Assembly: GCA_035552175.1 (NCBI GenBank) | Contig: DASZLW010000098.1 | Coordinates: 1-33,687 of the forward strand | From: Gaiellaceae bacterium | GTDB lineage: Bacteria; Actinomycetota; Thermoleophilia; Gaiellales; Gaiellaceae | DNA length: 33,687 nucleotides | Direction of reading: 5' to 3' | Shown: one piece after another, positions 8,982-17,228 of the stretch | How positions within the stretch are numbered: position 1 is the first letter of the stretch | Layout of the letters: the number at the start of each line of letters is the position of its first letter | The notes under the pieces: generated by a model | Told to the model about the DNA's origin: nothing | Database searches by the model: none | Seen by the model: the letters and a program-made list of their open reading frames with translations, nothing else | Translations under genes and position numbers: made by a program

Positions 8982-10022
8982 TCAGCTTCTGCGGCCGGTC
9001 GAGCCCCGGATCACGAGGCTCGGCTGGAGGATCTCGACCGAGCTCACGGGCGAGGGAGCGGCGAGGCGCCGGAGCAGCAGACGGGCCGCGTGGCGGCCGA
9101 GGTCGAGGATCGGCTGGGCGACGACGGTCAGCGGAGGGTCGACCATCTCCATCCACGGGACGTCGTCGAAGCCGACGAGGGACACGTCTTCCGGGATGCG
9201 CAACCCGCGGCGGCGGATGACCCGCCAGGCCTCTTCGGTGAGCAGGTTGTTCGCCGCGAAGACCGCTGTCGCACCGGCGCGATCGAGGAGCCCCTCGATG
9301 CGCTCCGGAATGTCAGGCACGTGAAGCGGGATGCGGAGGACGAGGTCCTCGTCGGGCGGCACACCGGCCCGCGCGAGCGCCTTCCGGTAGCCCTCGAGGC
9401 GACCAACGTCGGTCGTCCAGTCGGTCTCGACGCCGAGGAAGGCGATCCGCCGGTGGCCGAGCCCGAGCAGGTGCTCGGTGGCGTGGGCCGCTCCGCGCTC
9501 GTTGTCGATCACCACCGCATCGCACGGCACCCGGACGAGCCGGCGGTCGACCTCGACCACGGCGACCCCCTGCGAGATGAGGAGCTCGCCGGCCTCCGCG
9601 CCGGCGGGGGTCATGATCACGCCGGGGGCGCGCATCGCGAGGAACGTCCGCGCGCCGGCGACCTCCGCGTCGAGCTCGCTGTTGTCGCCGAGCACCACCA
9701 TCTGATGTCCCGCCTCCCGCAGCACCTGCTCGATCCCGGCTGCGAGCCTGGCGTAGAACGGGTTGGCGAGATCGGAGACGACCACTCCTATCGCCCTGCT
9801 CGTGCGGTGCTTGAGCGTGCGCGCGGATGCGTTCGGGACATACCCGAGCCGGTTCGCCGCCTCGAGCAGGCGCTCGCGAACGGGCGCCGAGACGTAACCG
9901 CGGCCGCTGAGCGCACGCGAGGCCGTGGACGGAGACGTTCCCGCCTCGCGGGCGAGATCGACGAGCGTGACCGGCTGCGGAGACGCGGCGACCGGAGGCG
10001 ATTCGAGGGTCACGGCCGCCAC
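8982..10022 (-). CDS. LacI-family transcriptional regulator
   Basis: 346-aa ORF starting at GTG. The N-terminal HTH is VTLVDLAREAGTSPSTASRALSGRGYVS...ARTLK, followed by a periplasmic-binding-protein-like sugar sensor domain. Its start overlaps the end of the upstream hydrolase gene by 13 nt. Confidence 0.9.
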   Translation of the reverse strand: MAAVTLESPPVAASPQPVTLVDLAREAGTSPSTASRALSGRGYVSAPVRERLLEAANRLGYVPNASARTLKHRTSRAIGVVVSDLANPFYARLAAGIEQVLREAGHQMVVLGDNSELDAEVAGARTFLAMRAPGVIMTPAGAEAGELLISQGVAVVEVDRRLVRVPCDAVVIDNERGAAHATEHLLGLGHRRIAFLGVETDWTTDVGRLEGYRKALARAGVPPDEDLVLRIPLHVPDIPERIEGLLDRAGATAVFAANNLLTEEAWRVIRRRGLRIPEDVSLVGFDDVPWMEMVDPPLTVVAQPILDLGRHAARLLLRRLAAPSPVSSVEILQPSLVIRGSTGRRS

Positions 10023-11728
10023 TCCCGGCGGCCCCAGACCCGGCGGATGGCCTCGTAGTCGTCGTCCTCGAGCGCCTCACCGGTCGCGTCGAGGTGCGTC
10101 GCGTAGTAGAGGGAGGGCACGCCGAGCGCCGGCTTCGCCTCGAGGAACGCGCGCCATGTGCGCCGGTCCGGGAGGCACCAGTCGTCCGTGTCGATGGGCA
10201 GCTCGGGAACGGCGGCGCGGACGACGCCCGCCCGGTAGCGCATCTGGGGCACGACGGCGTCCGTCGGCGGCGGCCCCGGATCGTCGAGGCGGAGCACGTC
10301 GTTGAGCCTGATCATGTCGGTGACGTCGACGAAGGCCGGATGGGGGGTGTGGGTGATCACGAGCGCGTCGGGGTTCGCCTCCTTCACGGCTGCATACACC
10401 AGGGAGAGGAGATCGTGCAAGAGGGCGATCCCCCACCCGCGTCCGTGCGCGACGAGCGCAGAGCCGCTCGGCGTCCGGCCGGTGAAGTCGATCTTCAGGC
10501 CGTCGGCGCCGAGCCCGGAACGGCCGACGAGGCGTCCCATGACCTCCCGGAGCAGCTCCCTCGCAGCCGGATTCGTCGGGTCGATCGCAACCGGGAGCCC
10601 GTCGGGGCGGCGGATGCAGAGCTCGTCCGGGACGCCTTCGGGATCCCACGCCTTCCACCAGAGGAGGACCCGGCTGCCCCGGTCGCGCCGGTCGGCGATC
10701 CAGCGGCGGAGGTCGGGCCACTTCACGGGATCCGGCTCGTTGAGACCGTAGGTCGACTGCCACTTGTCGTCGAGCACGACCGTTCCCGGCTCCACCCCGT
10801 GCTCCTCGAGCGCCTCGAGGAAGGCGTCGTAGTTCTCCTGGGTCGCGAGCTTCGCGGCGGGCCCCCGTCCGAGCCGGGACAAGTGGCACTGCGCCCCCCA
10901 GCCGCAGAAGATCGGCTCGCGCCACCATTCCGGCTCCCGCCTCGTGCGGACGGCGGGCGCCGCACCCAGGCGGACGAGCTCGCCCCGGTGGGCGCGCAGA
11001 CCCTCGTACGCGCTCGCCTGGCCGGGTTGGAGGATGAGCGCCGGGGCCTCGAACCGGCCTCGGACGGTCGTGTGACCCTCGTGCTCGAGCAAGAGATGGA
11101 ACGCGCGGTCACCCGGCACGTACGCCGCGCTGACGAAGCGGAGCTCCGAAACGGCGGCGGCGATCCCGAGCGCGAGCCAGCCCCCGTCGACCGAAGCGTC
11201 CGGGTCGTCGACCTCGTCCGGAGCGAGCGCGACGTAGAGCGGCGGGGGCGTGAAGAACCAGTGCCCGCGGCCCGGCGTCCCGTCGCCGCTGACACCGAGG
11301 ATCGCCGGCTCGCTCGCCCCGCGCAGGATCTTCGCGGGGTCACCGGGGTTGGCCGAAAAGAGCGTGCGGAAGCTTGTGCCGGTCGAGACGAAGCCGGTTC
11401 CCGCCGACGGGAGTAGGCGACCGCCGAGGAGGTGGACGTCGGTGACGTCGCCGGCCCCCTCGACCCAGGCTCGAAGGACGAGCGTCTCCTCACCGCACTC
11501 GAGCCGCAGGCCGGCGCCGGCCCAGGCGGTCGAGGTGCGTTCGACGGCGAGCTCGTCGCCGACGAGCCGGACGTCGTCGACGGCGAGCGTCTCGTCCACG
11601 GCTCCGACCCGGTCGAACGCCGACACGAGGCTCAGCGTCAGCCAGTGCTCGCCGGACGGAGACGAGAGCCTCGCCGCGACTGCACCCGGCAGGAGCTCCA
11701 GGGTGTAACTCCGGCGCTCGAGGATCAC
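10010..11728 (-). CDS. Clan GH-D-like (GH31/GH36/GH27-like) TIM-barrel glycosidase, family unassigned
   Basis: 572-aa ORF starting at GTG in a GTGA overlap with the MBL gene stop. It has a beta-rich N-domain, then VVLDDKWQSTYG and GADGLKIDFTGR. These resemble the DDGW / K-x-D nucleophile contexts of GH36/27 and the FKTDFGE context of GH31. The ORF is confident; the family call is by eye only. Confidence 0.6.
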   Translation of the reverse strand: MILERRSYTLELLPGAVAARLSSPSGEHWLTLSLVSAFDRVGAVDETLAVDDVRLVGDELAVERTSTAWAGAGLRLECGEETLVLRAWVEGAGDVTDVHLLGGRLLPSAGTGFVSTGTSFRTLFSANPGDPAKILRGASEPAILGVSGDGTPGRGHWFFTPPPLYVALAPDEVDDPDASVDGGWLALGIAAAVSELRFVSAAYVPGDRAFHLLLEHEGHTTVRGRFEAPALILQPGQASAYEGLRAHRGELVRLGAAPAVRTRREPEWWREPIFCGWGAQCHLSRLGRGPAAKLATQENYDAFLEALEEHGVEPGTVVLDDKWQSTYGLNEPDPVKWPDLRRWIADRRDRGSRVLLWWKAWDPEGVPDELCIRRPDGLPVAIDPTNPAARELLREVMGRLVGRSGLGADGLKIDFTGRTPSGSALVAHGRGWGIALLHDLLSLVYAAVKEANPDALVITHTPHPAFVDVTDMIRLNDVLRLDDPGPPPTDAVVPQMRYRAGVVRAAVPELPIDTDDWCLPDRRTWRAFLEAKPALGVPSLYYATHLDATGEALEDDDYEAIRRVWGRREWRP

Positions 11729-13533
11729 GTCACGCTCACGAGCGCCTCGGCCTGCTGGCCGAACGGGACGTCGCCGACCGTCACGTCGGCGGCGATCGCG
11801 ACGCGCCTGACCGGGCCTCCCACCGTCACGCGGAACCTCGCGAGCCCCGTGCCGTGCGGCTCGAGCGCGACCTCGCGCGCAGGAGGCTCGCTCGACCAGC
11901 CGTCCGGCAACGCGAGCGTGACGGCGGCACTCTCGGCGCGCGCGAATGGATTCAGCACCTCGACCTCCAGCTCGACCGACGCTCCGGAGGCCGCGTGCGA
12001 GCGGTAGGGAGCGATGCGGGCGCCGAAGCCCTCGGCTCCGAGATCGATCTCGTCCAGAGGCAGGAGGTCGCGGTGGAGGCGGGCGAGTCGCGCCCCGTCC
12101 CGCGTCAGCTCCGCGAGATAGTCGTCCGTCACCTGCCGCGGCGGCCAGTGACCGCTGACGATCAGCTCGGGACGGAGCCGCTCGTAGAGCGCGGCGCTCG
12201 CGACGTAGTCGTCGATCCGGAACCGGTTCCGGTACTGGTAGTTGAGGATGTCCGGCTTCACCCCGGCCGAACCGCCTCCCTGCTGGTCACCCGTCGCGAG
12301 CACGCGCCGCCCGTCGACCTCGAGCTCGATCGCGGCCGCATACAGCGTGTGGCCGGGGAGCGGATGGGCCGTCAACTCGTACTCGTTCCAGGAGACTGCC
12401 GCTCCGAGATCGAGCACCCGGTCGACGGGGATCGGATCGAACCAGAGGCACGGGAGGTCATGCAGCTCGGGCCGTTCGAGCACCGGCGCGACGTTCGCCG
12501 GCGCCCAGACCTCGGTTCCGTGCGTCTCGCGCAGGAGCGGGATCCCCGCGACGTGGTCGTCGTGGTAGTGCGTCGTCACCACGGCCTCGACGCGCTCGAT
12601 CCCGTGGTTTCGTTCGAGCGCGCCGATCGACTCGAGCAGCGGGCGCGTCCAGGCCCGCTCGGCCCCGAGCTCCCAGCCGGTCCAGAGGTCGTAACCCCAG
12701 TCGATGAGGAGCGCGGCGCCCGTGGCCGAGAGCAGCGCGTACGAGGTCGCGACGCTCGTGCGGTTGCGCAGGAGGTGGGGCAGGACGGGCTCCCACGGAT
12801 CGTCGAGCCAGCGCTCGAGGTCCCACGGCTCGGCCTGGCCGCGCCGGAGCTCCATGAGCGCGCCGAGCCGTCTCGAGGTCTCGGCGAGCGCGGCCGCGGG
12901 GTTCTCCATCGGCTCCCCGTGGGCGGGCAGGAGCACGTCCGGCCCGCGGCGGGCGAGCATCCCGCACGAGAGGATCGTCGAGGCCTGCCCCTCGACGCCG
13001 CTGTACGACCACTGGGTCGCGGCGAGCGACCAGACCTTTCCGGCGGCGTAGACGAGGTCGCCGCTGAACGCGACGCGCCTGCCGTCGAGGTCGCCGAGAT
13101 AGCTGACCGAGCCCATCGTGTGGCCCGGGGTCGGCAAGGCGAGGAGCTCGACGCCGCCGTAGTCCTCGTGCCGGTATTCGGCGACGGTGCGCGCGGACGG
13201 AACCGATTCGAGAAGCGAGAAGCGCGCCTGACGGAGCTCGTAGTCGTTCGCGACGCGCGCCCGGCTCCAGCGCTCGCCCGCACGCGTCACGAGCTCCTGC
13301 TCGAAGGGAGGGACCCAGATGCGGGCACCCGCCTCCGCCGCGCGCGCGAGCCCCTGGATCCCGTCGCGGTGGTAGTGGGTGACGAGCACGTCGCTGATCC
13401 CGGCGAGGCCCAGCTCGTCGAGCCGGTCGAGCACGGCGCCGCTTCCGAAATCGATGCAGACGCCGACCTCACCTCGCCGGATCACCCACACGTTGCAGGT
13501 GTCGCGAACACGGACGATCTCCGGGGCCGACAC
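11725..13533 (-). CDS. Tandem metallo-beta-lactamase-fold protein with a C-terminal Ig-like (NEW3/CARDB-like) domain
   Basis: 602-aa ORF starting at GTG. Domain 1 motifs: THYHRDG (the last His of HxHxDH is Gly), PGHT, SGD, AHG. Domain 2 motifs: THYHDDH (intact), PGHT, TGD, SGHW. The tail ...VELEVEVLNPFARAESAAVTLALPDGWSSEP...ARFRVTVGG looks like a beta-sandwich. No signal peptide is present. Confidence 0.8.
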   Translation of the reverse strand: MSAPEIVRVRDTCNVWVIRRGEVGVCIDFGSGAVLDRLDELGLAGISDVLVTHYHRDGIQGLARAAEAGARIWVPPFEQELVTRAGERWSRARVANDYELRQARFSLLESVPSARTVAEYRHEDYGGVELLALPTPGHTMGSVSYLGDLDGRRVAFSGDLVYAAGKVWSLAATQWSYSGVEGQASTILSCGMLARRGPDVLLPAHGEPMENPAAALAETSRRLGALMELRRGQAEPWDLERWLDDPWEPVLPHLLRNRTSVATSYALLSATGAALLIDWGYDLWTGWELGAERAWTRPLLESIGALERNHGIERVEAVVTTHYHDDHVAGIPLLRETHGTEVWAPANVAPVLERPELHDLPCLWFDPIPVDRVLDLGAAVSWNEYELTAHPLPGHTLYAAAIELEVDGRRVLATGDQQGGGSAGVKPDILNYQYRNRFRIDDYVASAALYERLRPELIVSGHWPPRQVTDDYLAELTRDGARLARLHRDLLPLDEIDLGAEGFGARIAPYRSHAASGASVELEVEVLNPFARAESAAVTLALPDGWSSEPPAREVALEPHGTGLARFRVTVGGPVRRVAIAADVTVGDVPFGQQAEALVSVT

Positions 13534-13558
13534 GCGACGAGTCTAGTTCAGGCCGATC

Positions 13559-13575
13559 TGGCAACGTTTGCACAT
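13559..13575. promoter_or_regulatory. Candidate LacI-family operator (TGGCAACGTTTGCACAT) in the 73-bp divergent control region
   Basis: TGGCAACGTTTGCA differs at one position from the generic LacI/GalR consensus TGnAAnCGnTTnCA. It lies 26-42 nt from the MBL GTG and 32-48 nt from the ATPase GTG. A -10-like TAGATT (13594-13599) sits 7 nt before GTG 13607. Confidence 0.45.
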
Positions 13576-13606
13576 CCTTCGGCGGAAAGTGGGTAGATTC
13601 CGGATC

Positions 13607-14785
13607 GTGGGCGAGATCGTTCTCGACGACGTCACGAAGGAGTTTCCCGGTGGCGTGCGGGCGGTCGACGGGGTGGCGATGACGATCGCCGACGGCGAGT
13701 TCATGGTGCTCGTCGGACCGTCCGGCTGCGGCAAGACGACGCTCCTGCGCTCGATCGGAGGGCTCGAGAAGGTCACCTCCGGCCGCGTCGTGATCGACGG
13801 GAACGACGTCACGACTGCAGCGCCCGCGAACCGCGACCTCGCGATGGTGTTCCAGAACTACGCGCTGTACCCGCATATGACCGTGCGCCAGAACCTCGGA
13901 TATGCCCTGCGCGTCCGGCGCACGCCGAAGGCAGAGATCAAGCAACGCGTCGAGTCGGCCGCGAAGCTCCTCGGGCTCGACGGCGTGCTGGATCGGCGTC
14001 CAGGTGCGCTCTCGGGTGGGCAGATGCAGCGGGTTGCGATGGGGCGGGCGATCGTTCGCGAGCCCACGGCGTTCCTGATGGACGAGCCGCTCTCGAACCT
14101 CGACGCGAAGCTGCGGGTGAGCATGCGCACCTCGCTCCAGCAGCTGCACCGCCGGCTCGGCACGACGACCGTCTACGTGACCCACGACCAGGTCGAGGCG
14201 ATGACGCTCGGGCACCGGGTTGCGGTCATGCGCGACGGCCGCGTGCAGCAGGTGGACGAGCCTTCGCGCCTCTACGACGAGCCGGCGAACCTGTTCGTCG
14301 CCGCCTTCATCGGCTCGCCCGCGATGAACCTCGTGCGTGCGGAGATCTCCGGCGACAGCCTGCGCGCCGGCGAGCTCGTGATCCCGCTCGACCACACGCG
14401 CCGCCCCGGCCCGACCGACGGGCCGCAGGTCGTGGCCGGGCTCCGCCCGGAGATCTTCGAGGATGCGGCATTTTCGCCGGGATCGGATCTCCCGCAGATC
14501 GAGGTGCGGGTCGAGGTGCTCGAGAGCGTCGGCTCGGATGCGTTCGTGTTCTTCCAGCTCGATGCCGAGCCCGTGGTGATCGAGGACGCGCGGTCCGACG
14601 AGAAGGAGGACAGCGGGTCGCTGCTCGCCTCCGAGGAGGAGAAGCCGCTCTTCGCCGCCCGAGTCGACCCACGGACGCGGGCGCGCGTCGGAGAGACGCT
14701 CCGGCTCACACTCGACCCGTCGCGGCTGTACTTCTTCTCGCCCGACACCGGTGAGAGCCTGATCCGCCGTGCCGCCGCCGCCTAG
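13607..14785 (+). CDS. Sugar ABC transporter ATP-binding protein (MsiK/MalK/UgpC type)
   Basis: Track ORF 13568..14785 trimmed to GTG 13607 (VGEIVLDDVTKEF), because TTG 13568 lies inside the operator. Motifs: Walker A GPSGCGKTT, signature LSGGQMQRV, Walker B FLMDEPLSNLD, and a C-terminal regulatory domain. Confidence 0.9.
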   Translation: MGEIVLDDVTKEFPGGVRAVDGVAMTIADGEFMVLVGPSGCGKTTLLRSIGGLEKVTSGRVVIDGNDVTTAAPANRDLAMVFQNYALYPHMTVRQNLGYALRVRRTPKAEIKQRVESAAKLLGLDGVLDRRPGALSGGQMQRVAMGRAIVREPTAFLMDEPLSNLDAKLRVSMRTSLQQLHRRLGTTTVYVTHDQVEAMTLGHRVAVMRDGRVQQVDEPSRLYDEPANLFVAAFIGSPAMNLVRAEISGDSLRAGELVIPLDHTRRPGPTDGPQVVAGLRPEIFEDAAFSPGSDLPQIEVRVEVLESVGSDAFVFFQLDAEPVVIEDARSDEKEDSGSLLASEEEKPLFAARVDPRTRARVGETLRLTLDPSRLYFFSPDTGESLIRRAAAA

Positions 14786-15650
14786 CGGACGCCGTGACTC
14801 GACGAGAAACCGTGCGGCTCGGCCGGTGACGCGAGTGGTCTGCGCGGGCCTCGCGACGCGCGACACGATCTGGCGGGTGCCCTCCCATCCCGCGCCTGAC
14901 GGGCGCGTCGTCGCGACCGAGCTCTCGACCGCCGGCGGCGGCCCGGCGGCGACCGCGGCCGTCGCGCTGGCGCGGCTCGGAATCGAGACCGCCTTCGTCG
15001 GGGCGGTCGGCGACGACGAGGCGGGCGCGTTCGTGCGCGAAGGCCTGGCGGGCGAGGGCATCGACGTCTCTCGCCTGGCCGTGGTGGGCGGGGCCCGCAC
15101 GGCCGAGAGCACGATCCTCATCGGCCCGGCGGGCGAGCGGGCGATCGTCCACTTTCCCGGCACCGCGCCGCCGCCGCGGATCGACACCGCCGGCGAGTGG
15201 CTCCATCTCGATCACGTCGGGTTCGCGATGGAGCGCGACGGCAGCGCGCGCGTGTCCCTCGACGGCGGCAATCCGATCGCACCGCTCGACCTCTCGGGGG
15301 TGGCGCTCTACGCACCCACCGAGGAGCGGCTCGTCCAGGACTTCGGCACGCCGCAGGCTGCACTCGACGCCGGGGCAGGCGTTGTCGTCGTGACGCGCGG
15401 GATGGCGGGCAGCGCGGCGACGGATCGTCACGGGACGAGCTTCGACGTGCCGCCGCATCCGGTCGAGGCGGTCAGCACGCTCGGAGCCGGAGACGTCTTC
15501 CACGGCGCGCTTCTCGCCTACATCGCGCGTGGAGCCGCGCTGCCCGAGGCGCTTCGCGCGGCCAACGCCGCGGCCGCGCTCTCATGCCGCGCGCTCGACG
15601 GCCGCTCGGCGATCCCGACGCTCGCCGAGCTCGAGGACGTCATCTCGTGA
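14769..15650 (+). CDS. PfkB-family (ribokinase-like) carbohydrate kinase
   Basis: Motifs: GGGPAATAAVALARLG and the PfkB signature GAGDVFHGALL. GTG 14769 overlaps the ATPase gene by 17 nt. In-frame GTG 14826 (VTRVVCAGLA...) is an equally plausible start. Confidence 0.8.
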   Translation: MPPPPSGRRDSTRNRAARPVTRVVCAGLATRDTIWRVPSHPAPDGRVVATELSTAGGGPAATAAVALARLGIETAFVGAVGDDEAGAFVREGLAGEGIDVSRLAVVGGARTAESTILIGPAGERAIVHFPGTAPPPRIDTAGEWLHLDHVGFAMERDGSARVSLDGGNPIAPLDLSGVALYAPTEERLVQDFGTPQAALDAGAGVVVVTRGMAGSAATDRHGTSFDVPPHPVEAVSTLGAGDVFHGALLAYIARGAALPEALRAANAAAALSCRALDGRSAIPTLAELEDVIS

Positions 15651-17203
15651 GCCTCGCGGGCGACGCCGCCGGATCGCCGTGGTGGGCCGAGGCGGTCTTC
15701 TACGAGATCTACGTCCGCAGCTTCGCCGACGGGAACGGGGACGGCGTCGGCGACCTCGCCGGCATCCGCTCCCACCTGCGGTACCTGTCCGAGCTCGGCG
15801 TGGACGCCCTCTGGCTGACGCCCTTCTACCCTTCCCCCGGCGCAGACCACGGCTACGACGTCGCCGACTACGTGGGCGTCGACCCCCTGTTCGGGACGCT
15901 CGACGACTTCGACGCGCTCGTCGCCGACGCGCATGGGATGGGCCTGAGGCTGATCGTGGACATCGTCCCGAACCACACGTCGAACGAGCACCCGTGGTTC
16001 CGGAACGCCCTCGAGGACACCTCTCATCCCGATCGGTCGCGGTATTTCTTCCGGCCGGGACACGGCGACCGGCCCCCCAACAACTGGCCTTCGAACTGGG
16101 GCGGCCCGGCGTGGACGAGGGAGTCGCCGGGCGGCGAGTGGTACCTGCACCTCTTCTCCCCGGAGCAGCCCGATCTCGACTGGGAGAGCGACCTCGTGCG
16201 TGACGACTTCGAGCGGATCCTGAGGTTCTGGCTCGACCGCGGGGTGGACGGCTTCCGGATCGACGTGGCCGCGGCGCTCTACAAGGACGCGACGCTGCAG
16301 GACGAGGACGAGCCGTTTCCGGAGGCCGCCTTCACGACCGAGTGGCGCCGCGCAGTCGACCAGCCCGCGGTCCACGACGTCTACCGTCGCTGGCGGCGCA
16401 TCGTGGGCGAGTACGACGCGGACCCGGTGCTCGTGGGCGAGGTCGTCTTCTCCGACCCCGCGCGCCTCGCGCCGTATGTGCGGCCGGACGAGCTCCACCT
16501 GGCCTTCAACTTCACGCTGCTCTTCGAGGACTGGGATGCCGCGGCCATCCGCTCGGCTATCGACCGGTCGCTTGCCGCGCTTGCCGGGGTCGGCGCGCCG
16601 CCCACCTGGGTCTTCGAAAACCACGACGTCACCCGGCTTCCCACCCGCTACGGAGGCGGCAAGAGGGGACTGCGCAAAGCGCGAGCCGCCGCCCTGCTGC
16701 TGCTCGCGCTCCCGGGCCCGGTGTTCGTCTACCAGGGCCAGGAGCTCGGGCTCGAGGAGGTCGAGCTCCCTGACGCGGTGCGGCAGGATCCGATCTTCCG
16801 TCGCTCGAACGGCACCCGCCTCGGCCGCGACGGCTGCCGCGTGCCGATCCCGTGGAGCGGGGGCGCTCCGGGATTCGGGTTCACGACCGGCTCGCCCTGG
16901 CTGCCGATGCCTCCGGACTGGACCGGGAAGACGGTTCACGCGCAGACGAGATCGCCCGGCTCCCCGCTCGAGCTCTACCGGCGCGCGCTCGAGCTTCGAC
17001 GCGGCATCTCGGGGCCGCTGCGCTGGCTCGACGCGCCCGCCGGCGCGCTCGTGCTCGCACGCGGCGAGCTCGTCTGCGCCGTCAACCTCGCCGACGACCC
17101 GTTGAGGCTTCCGCCCGGCGAGGTCGTACTCGCGAGCGAGGCTCCGGCCGACGGCGCGCTGCTCCCGGGCACGGCGGCCTGGATCACCGGCGCGAGCCGC
17201 TGA
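15647..17203 (+). CDS. GH13 alpha-glucosidase / oligo-1,6-glucosidase-like
   Basis: This is the real part of track ORF 15197..17203, starting at GTG 15647 in a GTGA overlap with the kinase stop. Motifs: WWAEAVFYEIYVRSFADGNGDGVGDL, DIVPNHTSNEHPWF, GVDGFRIDVA, VGEV, FENHDVTR (GH13 regions I-IV). Confidence 0.9.
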   Translation: MSLAGDAAGSPWWAEAVFYEIYVRSFADGNGDGVGDLAGIRSHLRYLSELGVDALWLTPFYPSPGADHGYDVADYVGVDPLFGTLDDFDALVADAHGMGLRLIVDIVPNHTSNEHPWFRNALEDTSHPDRSRYFFRPGHGDRPPNNWPSNWGGPAWTRESPGGEWYLHLFSPEQPDLDWESDLVRDDFERILRFWLDRGVDGFRIDVAAALYKDATLQDEDEPFPEAAFTTEWRRAVDQPAVHDVYRRWRRIVGEYDADPVLVGEVVFSDPARLAPYVRPDELHLAFNFTLLFEDWDAAAIRSAIDRSLAALAGVGAPPTWVFENHDVTRLPTRYGGGKRGLRKARAAALLLLALPGPVFVYQGQELGLEEVELPDAVRQDPIFRRSNGTRLGRDGCRVPIPWSGGAPGFGFTTGSPWLPMPPDWTGKTVHAQTRSPGSPLELYRRALELRRGISGPLRWLDAPAGALVLARGELVCAVNLADDPLRLPPGEVVLASEAPADGALLPGTAAWITGASR

Positions 17204-17228
17204 GGGCCGGCGCCTCGGGGCGCCCTCA
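17201..17228. terminator. Weak bidirectional hairpin between convergent genes
   Basis: TGAGGGC (17201-17207) and GCCCTCA (17222-17228) form a perfect 7-bp inverted repeat around a GC-rich 14-nt loop. The arms contain the stop codons of the GH13 gene and of galT. There is no U-tract. Confidence 0.3.

Noticed and set aside
15197-15646. 150-codon N-terminal extension of the GH13 ORF
   Set aside because: It is Arg-rich nonsense that overlaps the well-supported PfkB kinase frame. The GH13 homology begins right after GTG 15647.
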